Assembly: GCA_031981225.1 (NCBI GenBank)
Contig: DALYUO010000002.1
Location: forward strand, 23,670 to 62,437
Origin: Pararcticibacter sp.
GTDB taxonomy: Bacteria > Bacteroidota > Bacteroidia > Sphingobacteriales > Sphingobacteriaceae
Direction of reading: 5' to 3'
Length of the DNA: 38,768 nucleotides
The position numbers were made by a program, and so were the translations under genes. Positions 36,678-38,768 of the stretch are shown here, one piece after another. A model generated the notes under the pieces. That model ran no database searches. It saw nothing but the letters and a program-made list of their open reading frames with translations, and had not been told where the DNA came from. Each line of letters starts with the position of its first letter. The stretch's first letter is position 1.

Positions 36678-37928
36678 TTAGTAATTTTGTTGTTGTTCTT
36701 TTAGTTCGTCCGGGTCAATGAGGTACACGAATGTGCTGTACTTTAACTTTGCTTTGTTTTGCCTGATCAATTTTGAAATGGCTGTTGAAGTGGAAGTAAA
36801 CAGTTTTGATAAAGCACTCATGTAAAGTTGATTTGCGCTTGATGGGTCTTGCTGCATCTGAATACTTGAACCTAAATCGCTTACCTCTTTTGTAAAGGCC
36901 CTGAAAGCCGATGCCGGAACAAATAGCCCTTGCATTCCGTCCAAATCATATAATTCTAATTTGACTGGCAGGATCTTATCATCTGTCATAACAGACGTTA
37001 CCGTTAATTTTACCCGTTGTTGATCAAAGCCCGATATCAGGGCATAGATGTAGGTGCCTCTTTTAATGAGGTGCTTTCCTGCTTTAATATCCTCTAATAA
37101 GCGGATGCGAACCCTTGAACCTGCATATCCTGTAACGGTCTGATCTATGATCGCTTTGATAAAATCATTCTTCTTGGCTACCTGAACAGTATTAAAAGCA
37201 TCATTCATATTCGAAGCTTTTTCAACATCCAGCTTTGGCATTTTGGTGACTTGCTTGTCAACCTTATTAAGTAATTCTTCTTTCTCCTTTTGGGCTTTAT
37301 AATCAGGGTCGTTTGATTTCCCTACGCTATCAATAAGCTTCATCTGCTCACGAAACAGCGCCATTGGGTCTTCGTACTTTTCCTTGGGGTTCTGTCCCCC
37401 CTGCTGCGTCCTACCGGAATTGCCTGTACCTTTTAAATTTGATAGGGCGTTTGCTAATTCCTGATCTTCTCGGCTTAGAGTGTTGCTGCCCCCTCTGCTT
37501 TCATAGGCTGACATGCTTCTTGGTACAGCGTTTCGACCTGCGCCTGAATAACTGCTACCGCTTGAATTGGGAGCCTTGCCAAACCTGGCTTTGTAAGCGG
37601 CATCTATACTGTCTAATACGTATTTTTCACGGTCATTATACTGGCCTTCCAATACGCCCGATGCCGTCGGGTCTTCATCTAATGTCCCAACTGCCGTATA
37701 ACCGTCGCCATTCTTGTATTTATCTTTAAAGGCGTCAAGCTTATTCCCCAGTTCCTTGTTCTTAATATCTTCGGAAACGCTTGCTACGTCTGATTGTAAT
37801 TCGGGTTTATTCTCAACCTTTTTTTCCTCACCCTTACTAAAAGATTTGTAAGCATAAAAAAACAGGAAAAGGAAAGGAAGTATGATTATGGGTATAACAT
37901 ACTTCGGTTTTTTAAAATCTATTTTCAT
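36678..37928 (-). CDS. traM: Conjugative transposon TraM (VirB10-like)
   Basis: N-terminal TM; IKAIID...GSRVRIRLL...YDLDGMQGLFVP. Confidence 0.9.
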   Translation of the reverse strand: MKIDFKKPKYVIPIIILPFLFLFFYAYKSFSKGEEKKVENKPELQSDVASVSEDIKNKELGNKLDAFKDKYKNGDGYTAVGTLDEDPTASGVLEGQYNDREKYVLDSIDAAYKARFGKAPNSSGSSYSGAGRNAVPRSMSAYESRGGSNTLSREDQELANALSNLKGTGNSGRTQQGGQNPKEKYEDPMALFREQMKLIDSVGKSNDPDYKAQKEKEELLNKVDKQVTKMPKLDVEKASNMNDAFNTVQVAKKNDFIKAIIDQTVTGYAGSRVRIRLLEDIKAGKHLIKRGTYIYALISGFDQQRVKLTVTSVMTDDKILPVKLELYDLDGMQGLFVPASAFRAFTKEVSDLGSSIQMQQDPSSANQLYMSALSKLFTSTSTAISKLIRQNKAKLKYSTFVYLIDPDELKEQQQNY

Positions 37929-38371
37929 GGCTTCTGTTGATTACGTGGTTTATTACTTTGTTCCAATTGCTGAATGGCCTTTTCTAAAAAAACCGTATCG
38001 GCATGAGATAATTTCGGCTTTGCCAAAACTGCTTCAACTTGTTTTCGTAGGGTATTTAAATCTGATATCCTTGTTCCCAGGTCAATGATCTGGCCGACAC
38101 CATCTGTAACCTCATTGCCAACATGGGTAGTCCCCTTGAAAAAATCAGGCATTTTTTCTTTCTGTCGTTGACTGGGCGTAAGGATTAAAAAACAGACAAT
38201 GCCCGAAACGACGATCAGAGCAACCATGCCGATAAATATCTGTTTGGGATAGGACTTAAAAAACCTGTTCCGGCTATCTGTTGCCTGGTCAAAGTATTTC
38301 CCAAACTCTTTGCGTATCTCCTTTGCAACTGTTGCATCGGGGTCTACTTTAGAACTGATTCTTTTGAACAT
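37925..38371 (-). CDS. Single-TM conjugation protein at the TraL position
   Basis: Lies between TraK and TraM; one TM helix. Confidence 0.6.
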   Translation of the reverse strand: MFKRISSKVDPDATVAKEIRKEFGKYFDQATDSRNRFFKSYPKQIFIGMVALIVVSGIVCFLILTPSQRQKEKMPDFFKGTTHVGNEVTDGVGQIIDLGTRISDLNTLRKQVEAVLAKPKLSHADTVFLEKAIQQLEQSNKPRNQQKP

Positions 38372-38768
38372 TGCTTAAGTCTTTATTTTCAAGTGTTTTC
38401 CAATTGGTTATCAATACTCCGTGCGAATTATTGTCGCTTCTTGGGATATCTTTAAGGTTGCCCGTTGTGATCAGCGAACGTGTAACCGTTGAACTTCGCC
38501 TATCAATAATCTGCTTGCCGTAGTAGATAAACCGCTTGTTGACCATATCAAGCTGAATGCTGTCGGTCTGTAGAGTTAGAACAGAGCTTGATGAAAGAAT
38601 AGAATTAAAAAAGCCTTTCTCCTTAAGGTTGTTGTATTGCAACGCCCCGCTTTCATCAACTAAATACATAGCTCGTTTCATTTGGTATTCTATATACTTA
38701 TCATCAGGCGTTAGCGAAAAGAATATGGAGTGGAATAGATCAATGTGTGCCCGATATTCGGCGGGCCT
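38349..38768 (-). CDS. traK: Conjugative transposon TraK (VirB8-like), 5'-partial
   Basis: Frame is open to the window edge: HIDLFHSIFFSLTPD...RA-YL-D...RSDNN-HG-LI--W--LENKD. Confidence 0.88.
   Translation of the reverse strand, partial: RPAEYRAHIDLFHSIFFSLTPDDKYIEYQMKRAMYLVDESGALQYNNLKEKGFFNSILSSSSVLTLQTDSIQLDMVNKRFIYYGKQIIDRRSSTVTRSLITTGNLKDIPRSDNNSHGVLITNWKTLENKDLSNVQKNQF

Noticed and set aside
30273..37538. Partial iteron-like hits at 30273, 31776 and 37523 (also 21014)
   Set aside because: Only partial or multiply mismatched matches, mostly within coding sequence; compatible with chance.

Overview
A segment of a large conjugative plasmid or ICE from a Bacteroidota host; gene families and TAnnTTTG promoter boxes suggest Sphingobacteriaceae. 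The left part (1-13.8 kb) is heavy-metal/envelope cargo on the minus strand: DUF6660 leader, CzcA-TolC fusion, CzcB, LTA synthase-like sulfatase, P1B-4 ATPase, DUF1345, HD protein, MgtC and PAP2, plus a divergent His-rich peptide. The middle (14.5-22.4 kb) is backbone: Fic, small ORFs, an RHH-like regulator, a putative Rep with nine helically phased 16-bp iterons, and two genes preceded by ssDNA-promoter-like fold-backs. A small decayed cargo patch lies at 22.8-24.6 kb. The right part (24.9-38.8 kb) is conjugation-associated: TraK/M/N/O, T4CP, M23 peptidase, ArdC, DUF4099/3945-like, degenerate TOPRIM and a topoisomerase C-repeat protein. The most unusual signal is non-coding. Five dispersed arrays carry a TRCTATCA box with a strict 44-bp period. 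Their variable 37-bp spacers are packed with restriction-site-like palindromes, resembling natural polylinkers, and three arrays end in a conserved inverted terminal unit. Two other repeat systems coexist: dispersed lone iterons and 8-bp ATATMWWD clusters at backbone promoters. Several single-base frameshifts between 22.8 and 28 kb may be sequencing errors. All calls are by eye; no searches were run.
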